Source: an uncultured Verrucomicrobiota bacterium
GTDB lineage: Bacteria > Verrucomicrobiota > Kiritimatiellia > CAYTQP01 > CAYXEW01
Direction of reading: 5' to 3'
Assembly (NCBI GenBank): GCA_964464115.1
Contig: CAYXEW010000001.1
Location: 8,740 to 72,739, forward strand
Length of the DNA: 64,000 nucleotides
In this document: one piece after another, positions 1 to 8,289 of the stretch
How the letters are laid out: the number at the start of each line of letters is the position of its first letter
Position numbering within the stretch: the first letter of the stretch is position 1
Position numbers and translations under genes: made by a program
The notes under the pieces: generated by a model
Database searches by the model: none
What the model was told of the DNA's origin: nothing
What the model saw: the letters and a program-made list of their open reading frames with translations, nothing else

Positions 1-2274
1 TTTACCGTTTCTGATAACAATCTGAAAATGTTTTCCACGGAAGGTGCGCTGAACGTTTACTTCAGGCCAATCAGAAGGGAGGCATGGATCGAGCTTGAGA
101 CCTTCATAAGCCGGTTGAATGCCCAGAATGGCATGCGTCATGGCATAATAGTTCCAGACGGCGGAACCTGATAGCCAGGAAACGCGCCCGCTGCCGTATC
201 GGGGGCTGGAACTGCTGTGCGTGCTTTGGCAGACTACATAGGGCTCTACTTCCCGCACTTCGGCATTATCATTGAAATTGGCAGGCATGACAGCACTCAT
301 ATACTGCCATGCCAGATCATTCATTCCGAGCTCGGCAGCCGCCATCACCGCCCATCCCTGTGTATGGTTGAAAACACCGCCATTCTCTTTCATGCCGGGA
401 TTCATCAGCCGCGCCCGGCAGATCTCCGCATCGGTGGTAAGATACGGCGGCGTACATACCATGATGCCGTATTCTGTAAGCAGATGTTTATTCATGGACT
501 CCATAATCTGTTCAGCTCTTTCACCGGTGGCGTGACCACTCAAAACGGCCCACGTCTGAGGATTCATGAAAATCTTACCTTCTTCACTTTCATGTGATCC
601 GAATTTAAAGCCGTCGGCGCGATAGGCTCGCATAAACCATTCACCATCCCATGCGTGCGCGTCCAGAATGGCATCCAGCCCGGCCAGTTGTTCAGTTGCC
701 CAGCGGGCCTCATCCGTCTCGTTTAAGCGTTGCGCTATATCTGTATACTCCCGAAGTGCAAGGCGAAGCTGAAAGGCTACAAAAATGCTTTCTCCGTGTT
801 CTCCGAGGCGGATGCAGTCATTCCAGTCAGCCGCCAGGCCACAGGGGATGCCGTGTTTACCGCAGCGTTCCAGATTGAATTCTATGGCCCGGCGCAAGTG
901 GCCAAAGACGGTGTCTTCCCCTATGTCGGCGTAGGGCAGCACTTTGTTGTAAAAGTCCAGATCACCGGATTCTTTCACATATTCGGGTATGGCATTGAAA
1001 AACCACAGACCATCATCGGCACGGTAGTGGTCGGCTTCTTGTTCGTGTCCCGGCCGGTGTGCAAAGGGCTTGACCACAGGCATGGCACCGCCGTTAGCCA
1101 GCTGCCCCGTAATCATAAGCTCGAGGCGCTTGCGTGATTCTTCCAGGATGAGTCCCGCCGTACCGCAAATATCCTGTACGGTGTCGCGAAAGCCCAAACC
1201 ATCGCGTTCGCCCGCGTATACGAGGCTAGCCGTGCGTGACCAGTAAAAGGTCATTAAGTTATTATAGGGAGCCCAGGTATTTACCATACTGTTAAAGAGC
1301 TCATTCGGAGTCTCTGTGAACAGCGTGTTCAGTTTTGAGTGCCAGTAGTCCTTAACGCGGTCAAGGGCGGCATGCTGTTGAGCCGTATTTTCCATTTCTG
1401 AGACGGCTTCTTGTCCCTCTTTGACAGCCCGTCCGACACCAAATAGCAAGATGAATGAACGGCTCTCCCCGGCTGCCAGTTTCATATCCACCTGAAAGGC
1501 TCCGCAGGGGTTGTCACCACTGACAACGCTATTGCTGCAGCGTCCCTGTACCACCGCTTCCGGATCGCCGTAGGACCCGTAATCACCGAGAAACATTTCG
1601 CGGTCAGTGTCAAACCCGGACGCATCGGCCCCGTGAAGAATAAAAAACATATGACGTTTTTGATCTTTATTTTCAAAGTGTTCAGGGTCTTCCGGCATAT
1701 TGATATTGGAACCGAGATCAATCATGTTGCCTTCAACCTCTGCCTTGGCAATGTACTGGGTGTACTGCAGATTCATTCCGTCGTCGAGAGCGTTCCAGTT
1801 ATTCTGGGTTTCAATAAAAGGAAAAGCGCTGATGGTTCTCTCCCGGCTGTCTTCATTAGTCAGTGTGACCTGCCAGACCTCGTAGGTCTTGCCCATCGGG
1901 ATGAAATATGAGGTTTGCGTGCGGATATGGGCAAAAGCGGTGTCGAGGCAGGCATACCCTGTTCCGAAACGGCATTCGTATTCATAGGCCTCAATATCCT
2001 TTCTGACCGGCATCCAGCCGTTGGACCAGAAGTCTGCCGATTCATTATCGCGGAGATAGATGTATTTGCCTGGCATATCAGAGGTAGGTCCATTAAAGCG
2101 AAAACGAGACAGGCGCCCCTGTGCTGCCGATTTATAAAAGGTGTATCCGCCCGCATGATTGGTGATAACCGATCCGAAATCGGCACTGCCGAGATAATTA
2201 CTCCAGGGCCTTGGGGTGTCGGGTTTAGTAATTACATATTCTCTTTTATTGTCATCAAAATGTCCGTACTGCAT
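1..2274 (-). CDS. GH94 glycoside phosphorylase (cellobiose/chitobiose phosphorylase-like); the C-terminal end is cut by the window edge
   Basis: Reverse-strand translation from the ATG at 2274 reads MQYGHFDDNKREYVITKPDTPRPWSNYLGSADFGS..., which matches the N-terminus of characterised cellobiose phosphorylases almost residue for residue. The frame stays open to position 1. It is absent from the supplied ORF track because there is no stop codon inside the window. Confidence 0.8.
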   Translation of the reverse strand, partial: MQYGHFDDNKREYVITKPDTPRPWSNYLGSADFGSVITNHAGGYTFYKSAAQGRLSRFRFNGPTSDMPGKYIYLRDNESADFWSNGWMPVRKDIEAYEYECRFGTGYACLDTAFAHIRTQTSYFIPMGKTYEVWQVTLTNEDSRERTISAFPFIETQNNWNALDDGMNLQYTQYIAKAEVEGNMIDLGSNINMPEDPEHFENKDQKRHMFFILHGADASGFDTDREMFLGDYGSYGDPEAVVQGRCSNSVVSGDNPCGAFQVDMKLAAGESRSFILLFGVGRAVKEGQEAVSEMENTAQQHAALDRVKDYWHSKLNTLFTETPNELFNSMVNTWAPYNNLMTFYWSRTASLVYAGERDGLGFRDTVQDICGTAGLILEESRKRLELMITGQLANGGAMPVVKPFAHRPGHEQEADHYRADDGLWFFNAIPEYVKESGDLDFYNKVLPYADIGEDTVFGHLRRAIEFNLERCGKHGIPCGLAADWNDCIRLGEHGESIFVAFQLRLALREYTDIAQRLNETDEARWATEQLAGLDAILDAHAWDGEWFMRAYRADGFKFGSHESEEGKIFMNPQTWAVLSGHATGERAEQIMESMNKHLLTEYGIMVCTPPYLTTDAEICRARLMNPGMKENGGVFNHTQGWAVMAAAELGMNDLAWQYMSAVMPANFNDNAEVREVEPYVVCQSTHSSSSPRYGSGRVSWLSGSAVWNYYAMTHAILGIQPAYEGLKLDPCLPSDWPEVNVQRTFRGKHFQIVIRNGK

Positions 2275-2867
2275 CGCTCAACCTCTTTCATTGTCACATT
2301 GAGCGGAACCGTTTAGAACAGCTCACGGTGAATATCAACATCTTTCTGAACGCAAGTTGCTGTGACGGCCCGTGAACCCACTGCTTGCAGCCTTCGCTGC
2401 GGCACCGCAGGCATTGTCGCCACTTGTAGCGGTGGCACCGCTCTTGGAAGGCGAAGCCCCGCTATGCTACTCTTCCATTTTAGATGAATAGCTCAGCAGG
2501 AGCTTCGCCCTCCAATAATGAGTTCCGCAGCCTGCATTATTCACTATGAAGAGCAATGAGTACTAAATATTAGCTCTTTGTACTATTTTGTGGAAAGCGT
2601 GTACTATCTCTATAACATCAGCGAATAGCACTGAGTATGCCCAGCCATGTATACCTCATGATTCATCCTATATCCGGCATTCAACATGCAGCAAACGGCG
2701 TAAGTTCTTATGAATAAGGAGTTAGTTGATTGTATCATTCACCTGTTGGCGAGAGAATAGAGACAGGAACGGCCGAAGGAAATCGTGATCCGCTCTCGTC
2801 GCCCGCTATCGTCTACCGAACAGAGGAAGAGTCGGTGGACGCGAACGGCGACGCGAAAGGTTGACGA

Positions 2868-3311
2868 GTGGGAAAGCGCAAACCATGTTCCCCTCTTCCG
2901 CCAGGAGAGGGCCGGGAATCACAGAATCCGACGGATTCGCCAACAACAGCGTTGAACAGGAAGAGAAATAAGATGCCAATCATAGGGATATTCACGGTCA
3001 TCGGGATGATCTTTGTCACGGTCTTCTTCACCGGCGTGAGGTTCTGGATCAAGCGGCACGGTCGAGGCATACTTCTGCTCTACGCCAGCACCGTCGCGGC
3101 GGTCTGGTGGGCCGGGCACTACTGCAACCAACTCCCGATGGATGCCCGGGGTGATCTGCTTTGGCACAGGAGATACACTCTAACGATTATGATCATCGGG
3201 CCACTGGCCATTCTCCTTTCAGCCATAATTGGCTACGCAGTCAGAATGAAGAAATACTTCCAGTCCGGGGGAGCAACCGAAGATAAGAAGTCCCAACAAC
3301 CGGCTGCATGA
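2868..3311 (+). CDS. hypothetical small integral membrane protein (about 3 predicted TM helices); the true start may be the internal Met at about 2973
   Basis: 147-codon ORF with hydrophobic stretches (IIGIFTVIGMIFVTVFF, LLLYASTVAAVWWAG, IMIIGPLAILLSAIIGY). It is flanked by long AT-rich spacers, and I recognise no family. Confidence 0.35.
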   Translation: MGKRKPCSPLPPGEGRESQNPTDSPTTALNRKRNKMPIIGIFTVIGMIFVTVFFTGVRFWIKRHGRGILLLYASTVAAVWWAGHYCNQLPMDARGDLLWHRRYTLTIMIIGPLAILLSAIIGYAVRMKKYFQSGGATEDKKSQQPAA

Positions 3312-3318
3312 CGACATT

Positions 3319-3338
3319 GTGTTCCGCGCGCGGAACAC
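3319..3338. promoter_or_regulatory. perfect 20-bp palindrome GTGTTCCGCGCGCGGAACAC, followed directly by the 10-bp palindrome CATGCGCATG (3339-3348)
   Basis: Read directly from the sequence, 8 nt after the stop codon of the 2868-3311 ORF. No U-tract follows, so it is either a non-canonical terminator hairpin or a protein operator. Confidence 0.5.
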
Positions 3339-3727
3339 CATGCGCATGAGCCGAAGCGTTGGGTGAAAGAAAGCTTGCTGCATTTTGAACCACAAGGGTT
3401 TGCTGATTTTGCCGCATCTACTGCGTTACAAGGGCTTTGGCATAGTTACTATAGCCAATAGCCCTGAAGTCTTGCAGCTACAGCAAACTTAGCAACTGCC
3501 GAATGTAGGTTTAGTTACTGCTTCAATGGACCTTTCCATTAGCCGTCACTATTTTTCATCTTCCACAAAATTCTACGAGGAACCTAAATAGTGCAGCTAA
3601 AAATCGAATATGACTTGCGGTGTAACATTAAATGACCCTGACCGGCTGCGACTGGTTATGGAAAATGACTTTAATTAAGTGCCTTATTATGATAGTATAA
3701 AGATAGAGAGAGAGTAGAGGTGCTGAA

Positions 3728-3955
3728 ATGCATGCGATAACGACTAGTCATATATTCCATCCGTCTACGTGGTGGCGTGATTCGGTTGAGGGTGTTCGGC
3801 GTCTGGCTCACAACAGGGACCTGATGCTGACGATGGGGGCATTATTGCTGATTATTGTGTTGGCAGCCGTGATTATGATGCTGGCCCAAAGCGTTATGTC
3901 CAGTGATCCTACTCGGATTATTCCGCCCTATGATTACATCCACTGGCGGGTATGA
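3728..3955 (+). CDS. hypothetical small membrane protein
   Basis: 75-codon ORF with a single strong hydrophobic segment (LMLTMGALLLIIVLAAVIMMLA). Support is weak because it sits inside a 850-bp AT-rich spacer. Confidence 0.2.
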   Translation: MHAITTSHIFHPSTWWRDSVEGVRRLAHNRDLMLTMGALLLIIVLAAVIMMLAQSVMSSDPTRIIPPYDYIHWRV

Positions 3956-4166
3956 AGTCGGATGTTTGGCCCTAGAGGACACGGGGTTTTTGTGTTTGCG
4001 GTAGGGTACGCGTCGCGGGCTGGAGAATAGGCGGTTTCTTATAACCGTTTTAGGCGGGGATTGATGTGACTCCTTAACTTATGAAAACCACCTCTAACTC
4101 TTCCTTGATTTCATGCGGCAGATATAGGCTTAATGATTCGCTGTATGCTGAAACAGGTATTATATT

Positions 4167-4616
4167 ATGAGGGGTAAGCCGTTAATCGAGTGGCTTTGTT
4201 TTACGGTGTGCTGGCTGATTCTGTTAATTCCGCTCATCGGTATCACAAAGACTAAGCCGGCTACGTTTCCGCCGCCGATGGGATCGTCTGCTGTCAGTTT
4301 ATCTGAATACTGGTTTTCTTTTGAAAGCACCGATTCTCCCGAACGTATTGAATGGAGGGTGGGTTCCAATACGCTTTGGCAGATCAGAGAGCCCGGTGAG
4401 TTTCACGATGAATTGATTGAGCTCGGTGAATATGCGCACGGGAAGCCTCTCACTATCGCATGCTTTTGGGTCGATAAGGCACGCCGTGCCACCCGCATGA
4501 CCATTGAATCGACAGACGGCCGTCAGTGGTCCGAAGTATTCTGGACGAATGGCGATACACTGATGGCCGAGCCTTTTCTGCACGTGCCGAAGGGGGGGGT
4601 AGATCGTGATGGATAA
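4167..4616 (+). CDS. hypothetical membrane-anchored protein, translationally coupled to the downstream ABC-3 transporter genes
   Basis: An N-terminal TM segment (LCFTVCWLILLIPLIGI) is followed by a soluble domain of about 110 aa. Its stop codon overlaps the GTG/ATG start of the ATPase gene. At about 149 aa it is too small to be a periplasmic substrate-binding protein. Confidence 0.45.
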   Translation: MRGKPLIEWLCFTVCWLILLIPLIGITKTKPATFPPPMGSSAVSLSEYWFSFESTDSPERIEWRVGSNTLWQIREPGEFHDELIELGEYAHGKPLTIACFWVDKARRATRMTIESTDGRQWSEVFWTNGDTLMAEPFLHVPKGGVDRDG

Positions 4617-5334
4617 GCAGCAACACGGTCATCATCTGCTAGCCGTTCGTGATCTGCACGCTCATTACGGCAGAGTATGTGCACTGCGTGACTTGTCTTT
4701 TGAGACTGAATGCGGAAGATCTGTAGCCATCGTAGGGGGGAACGGAGCCGGTAAAACGACTCTGATGAAGGCAATAGTCGGTCTCGTGCACGCGACGACC
4801 GGTGTGATTTTGTGGAAGGGTATGCCGGTGGTTAAAAGTACTCCGGAGATTGCATATCTACCCCAGCGTCAGGATGTAGACTGGCGCTTTCCGATAACCG
4901 TGCGCGGCCTTGTTGAAATGGGGCGTTACCCTTTTACGCGCATTTGGCGAGGGATGACCGGTGCCGATCATGATGCTGTTGAAAAAGCGCTGTGCGATAT
5001 GCAGATAGAACACCTCGCGGCCAGACAAATTGGCGCGCTATCCGGTGGACAGCAACAACGCGCTTTTATAGCAAAAGCACTCGCTCAGGAAGCCCATGTT
5101 CTGCTTTTGGATGAACCCTTCACCGGCCTGGACCAGCCGTCCGCTAAATCACTGGCCTTGTTGATGAAAGTGCTGACGCAAAAGGGATGTCTGATTATGG
5201 CGTCGCATCACGATGTTCGCTCAGTGGAAGAACTGTTCGACGAAGTATTGCTGCTGAATCACAGTCTCATTGCTTTTGGTGCCCCCGGTGATGTCATGAC
5301 GGAAGAATACATAGGAAAGGCCTTTTCACTATGA
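4606..5334 (+). CDS. ABC transporter ATP-binding protein, metal (Zn/Mn, ZnuC/MntB-like) type
   Basis: Walker A GGNGAGKTTL, signature LSGGQQQRAFIAKAL and Walker B LLLDEPFTGLD. At about 242 aa it has the typical size of ZnuC-family ATPases. It overlaps the permease gene by 4 nt. Confidence 0.85.
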   Translation: MMDKQQHGHHLLAVRDLHAHYGRVCALRDLSFETECGRSVAIVGGNGAGKTTLMKAIVGLVHATTGVILWKGMPVVKSTPEIAYLPQRQDVDWRFPITVRGLVEMGRYPFTRIWRGMTGADHDAVEKALCDMQIEHLAARQIGALSGGQQQRAFIAKALAQEAHVLLLDEPFTGLDQPSAKSLALLMKVLTQKGCLIMASHHDVRSVEELFDEVLLLNHSLIAFGAPGDVMTEEYIGKAFSL

Positions 5335-6194
5335 TGGAATGGGTGGATCTGCTGCAGTACGAGTTCAGTGAGCGCGCTATTGGTGCGGCACTGATGATCG
5401 GTCTTATGAACGGGTATCTGGGAGCTTATATTGTTTTACAGCGTTCATCACTGTATGTCGGAGGATTGACGCATACACTGTTTCCAGGTATTGCGCTCGG
5501 CGCGATTCTGGCGGGGCTGAATCCCGGCAGTGCCTTGGTCGGTGCGCTGGTTATGGCATTGTTGCTCAGCCTGATGTCGACAGGTATCGCCTCGTTCTCA
5601 CGCATCGATAAAGAAACGGCACTCGCCATCTTGTATACCGCCTGTTTTGGCGGTGGCGTACTGTTGTTGAAACATATCGAGACCTACGTTGATATCGAAA
5701 GTTATCTGTTCGGTAATATTCTGGGCGTATCGGATGTCGATCTGTGGTTTGTGTACGGGGCCGGATGGTTCTCCATATCCGGCCTCATTCTTTTTCAGCG
5801 CCCCTTGCTTCTGTATATCTTTTCTAGGGAGGCGGCGGCCGCGCAGGGGTTGCCCGTGGAACGTATGGGGTATGCCCTGTCGGCCCTGTTAGTCCTGGTG
5901 ATGATTACGTCACTGCTGGCCGTAGGTGCTATTCTCACATTGGGACTGCTGATCGCGCCCGCCGCCATCATGTATCTTTTCAGTAATTCATCGCGCGTGA
6001 TCATGCTGGGGGGGGCACTTCTGGGTGCTGTATTATCAGTCCTCTGCGTTGTGCTCTCTTTCGTGCTGGATGCGCCGACGGGCCCCGTTATTGTATCAGT
6101 TTTGGGAGTTTTATTTGTGCTGGCTTTTGTGCTCAGCCCCGAAAATGGTTTGCTGGCCCACGTTCTAAAGAAGCGCTACATGAAACAAAACTAA
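5331..6194 (+). CDS. ABC-3 family metal transporter permease (ZnuB/MntC-like)
   Basis: 287 aa, polytopic and Gly/Ala/Leu-rich, of ABC-3 type. It is coupled to the preceding ATPase gene by an ATGA overlap. Confidence 0.8.
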   Translation: MMEWVDLLQYEFSERAIGAALMIGLMNGYLGAYIVLQRSSLYVGGLTHTLFPGIALGAILAGLNPGSALVGALVMALLLSLMSTGIASFSRIDKETALAILYTACFGGGVLLLKHIETYVDIESYLFGNILGVSDVDLWFVYGAGWFSISGLILFQRPLLLYIFSREAAAAQGLPVERMGYALSALLVLVMITSLLAVGAILTLGLLIAPAAIMYLFSNSSRVIMLGGALLGAVLSVLCVVLSFVLDAPTGPVIVSVLGVLFVLAFVLSPENGLLAHVLKKRYMKQN

Positions 6195-6218
6195 TTCATC
6201 CCTGTCGGCAATAGCCGT

Positions 6219-6377
6219 TCAGAGCACATCAAAGGCATCTTTTCCGGCATAGCAGATGGGGCATACCCAGGATTCCGGTATATCCTCAAACGAGGTCCCC
6301 GGCGGAATGCCGCGCTCAGGATCACCTTTTGACTGATCATACACATAGCCGCAACTGGTACAAACCATCTTTTCCAT
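6219..6377 (-). CDS. rubredoxin
   Basis: [52 protein letters not shown] carries both CxxC(G) knuckles of rubredoxin at the expected spacing. The start is the internal Met of the longer ORF 6219..6464, and an AAAAAGGAA ribosome-binding site lies upstream. Confidence 0.85.
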   Translation of the reverse strand: MEKMVCTSCGYVYDQSKGDPERGIPPGTSFEDIPESWVCPICYAGKDAFDVL

Positions 6378-6557
6378 GGGATCATAATTCCTTTTTGCTG
6401 TCGTTAAAGTCCGTATGCTATACCCGCTGATTTCTAAAAGCAAGCAGAGATCTGGATGTATCATGAATAACTCCTTGACCGCTTATGTATTCTGGAGTTA
6501 AATCCATACTAGTTTTGAATTCGGGCAAGACCGGAGCCCGTACAAAGGAATAATACT

Positions 6558-6851
6558 ATGACAAAAAGAGATTTAGTCGTTCGAATTGCAGAGGAGACCG
6601 GGCTCATTCAACAAGACGTTTTTGCTGTTATTCAGAAATCACTAGATTACATTACGGAGTCTCTTGCCGAGGGGAAAAATGTGGAATTTCGTAATTTCGG
6701 TGTATTCGAAATACAGGTGCGGAAGCCGCGCCTCGGCCGCAATCCCAATAAACCTGAAGAAGTGGTCACCATTCCGGCCCGCAAAGTGGTCAAATTTAAA
6801 CCCGGCAAGATTATGAAGCAGAAAGTTACTGACGGTTCTGCAATAGAATGA
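6558..6851 (+). CDS. HU/IHF family nucleoid-associated DNA-binding protein
   Basis: Starts MTKRDLV..IAE. It has the FGxFE...R.GRNP..G arm motif (FRNFGVFEIQVRKPRLGRNPNKPEEV) and is about 97 aa. Confidence 0.85.
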   Translation: MTKRDLVVRIAEETGLIQQDVFAVIQKSLDYITESLAEGKNVEFRNFGVFEIQVRKPRLGRNPNKPEEVVTIPARKVVKFKPGKIMKQKVTDGSAIE

Positions 6852-8119
6852 TGGCCTCGGAAAGTGCACAACCCCTGCAGGGCATGTCTGATATCGCCAG
6901 CCCTGAAATATACCTCTGGCAGTTTCTGGAACAACGGGCACGCACCAGCTTTCACCAGTACGGCTATACGGAGGTCCGGACTCCGCTGCTGGAAAGAAAA
7001 AATGTGTTTGTACGGTCGCTCGGTGACGGCACTGATGTAGTGCAGAAGGAAATGTATGCCTTTGAAGACCGCGGCGGGCGTGAGATTGCGCTGCGCCCCG
7101 AAGGAACAGCGGGCACCATACGGCATCTGCTCGGCAAAGGTATGGAGGGGCGAAACGACCGCGTTTTTTATATGGGTCCCATGTTTCGCTGCGAACGACC
7201 ACAGGCCGGACGCAAGCGTCAATTTCACCAGATAGGCGTGGAGGCTGCGAGCGAACCGAATGCCATACTGGATGCAGAGTGCATCGAAATGCAGATGCGG
7301 CTGATGGAATGCTGGGGCCTGTCAGGCTGTGAGTTGCAGCTCAATACACGTGGTGTGGGTGAGGATAAACAGCACGTGGTTGACGGCCTTAAACTCGCCC
7401 TGAGCAATACGATAGCGTCAATGTGTGATGACTGTCGGTCGCGTTACGATCAGAATACATTGCGCATACTCGATTGCAAGAAGGAGAGCTGCAGAGCGAT
7501 CATAGCGGACCTGCCGCCCGTGACGGATTTCATGGCCGAAGAGACCCGCGCCTATCTGCAGGAAGTGACATCTGTACTGGATCTTTATGGTGTCGTGTAT
7601 AAGCTGAATCCGTTGCTCGTTCGCGGTCTGGACTATTATGAACATACGGTTTGGGAGATTACCCATCCATCATTGGGTGCACAGGATGCGTTGGCCGGCG
7701 GAGGGCGCTATCGAATTCAGTACGGTAAAGATGCATTTGAGGGGGTGGGCTTTGCCATGGGCGTAGAGCGCGTCTGTATGGCGCTGACGTCAATCGGAAT
7801 CACCGGTGAGCAGCACAAGCCATCCATGCAGATAGCACTGATATCCCTCGGCGAGCGCGCACTCAAAGAAAATGCCGTATTGTGCCGGACCTTGCGACGT
7901 GAAGGGTTTTCCTGCATTATGGAAACGACGCATCGGAGTATGAAGGCCCAGATGAGATCTGCCAATCGACACGATGTAAAGCTGGCGCTGATCCGCGGTG
8001 ATGATGAACTGAACAGGGGCACGTGCCTGATCAAACAAATGAATGAGGGATCGCAGCAGGAAGTGTCGCTGGATGTCCTGATACAGCAACTGAGGGAGCT
8101 GACAGGTACAGACAGCTGA
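6848..8119 (+). CDS. hisS: histidyl-tRNA synthetase
   Basis: Class II motifs GMSD and LRPEGTAGTIR, then GGGRY and AMGVERV, followed by a C-terminal anticodon-binding-like domain. It is 423 aa. Confidence 0.75.
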   Translation: MMASESAQPLQGMSDIASPEIYLWQFLEQRARTSFHQYGYTEVRTPLLERKNVFVRSLGDGTDVVQKEMYAFEDRGGREIALRPEGTAGTIRHLLGKGMEGRNDRVFYMGPMFRCERPQAGRKRQFHQIGVEAASEPNAILDAECIEMQMRLMECWGLSGCELQLNTRGVGEDKQHVVDGLKLALSNTIASMCDDCRSRYDQNTLRILDCKKESCRAIIADLPPVTDFMAEETRAYLQEVTSVLDLYGVVYKLNPLLVRGLDYYEHTVWEITHPSLGAQDALAGGGRYRIQYGKDAFEGVGFAMGVERVCMALTSIGITGEQHKPSMQIALISLGERALKENAVLCRTLRREGFSCIMETTHRSMKAQMRSANRHDVKLALIRGDDELNRGTCLIKQMNEGSQQEVSLDVLIQQLRELTGTDS

Positions 8120-8289
8120 AATGCCGATCTCCCGCCAGAGGCGACTGTACGCTTGCCCGCCGCGCCATGCATACTCGCTCGAAGATCCATGCTTATCCCG
8201 GTAAAGATAGTTGCAATGTCATGCCGTCCTCTCTAGAATGCGCGGCTGATTTTGGTGATAGAATAGAATGAAAAGAGGGAGAATGTCCC

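Noticed and set aside
2420-2445. Sigma-54-like element (TGGCAC-N5-TTGG), with a second GGCACC...GC at about 59290
   Set aside because: The -24 to -12 spacing is off by one in one copy, and the -12 GC is replaced by GG in the other. I found no enhancer-binding-protein gene nearby.
3956-4166. Searched the spacer upstream of the metal ABC operon for a Zur/Fur/MntR-type palindromic box or a metal riboswitch
   Set aside because: No convincing AT-rich palindrome of the expected form is visible, only a G-rich stretch. I left it unannotated.
6642-7228. Two overlapping ORFs of 186 and 193 aa on the minus strand
   Set aside because: They lie entirely antisense within hisS. They have no domain features and are typical shadow ORFs of a GC-rich coding region. 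Other shadow ORFs of the same kind are antisense to secA (37262..37915, 38278..38962) and to the large glycosyltransferase (41581..42048, 42154..42681).
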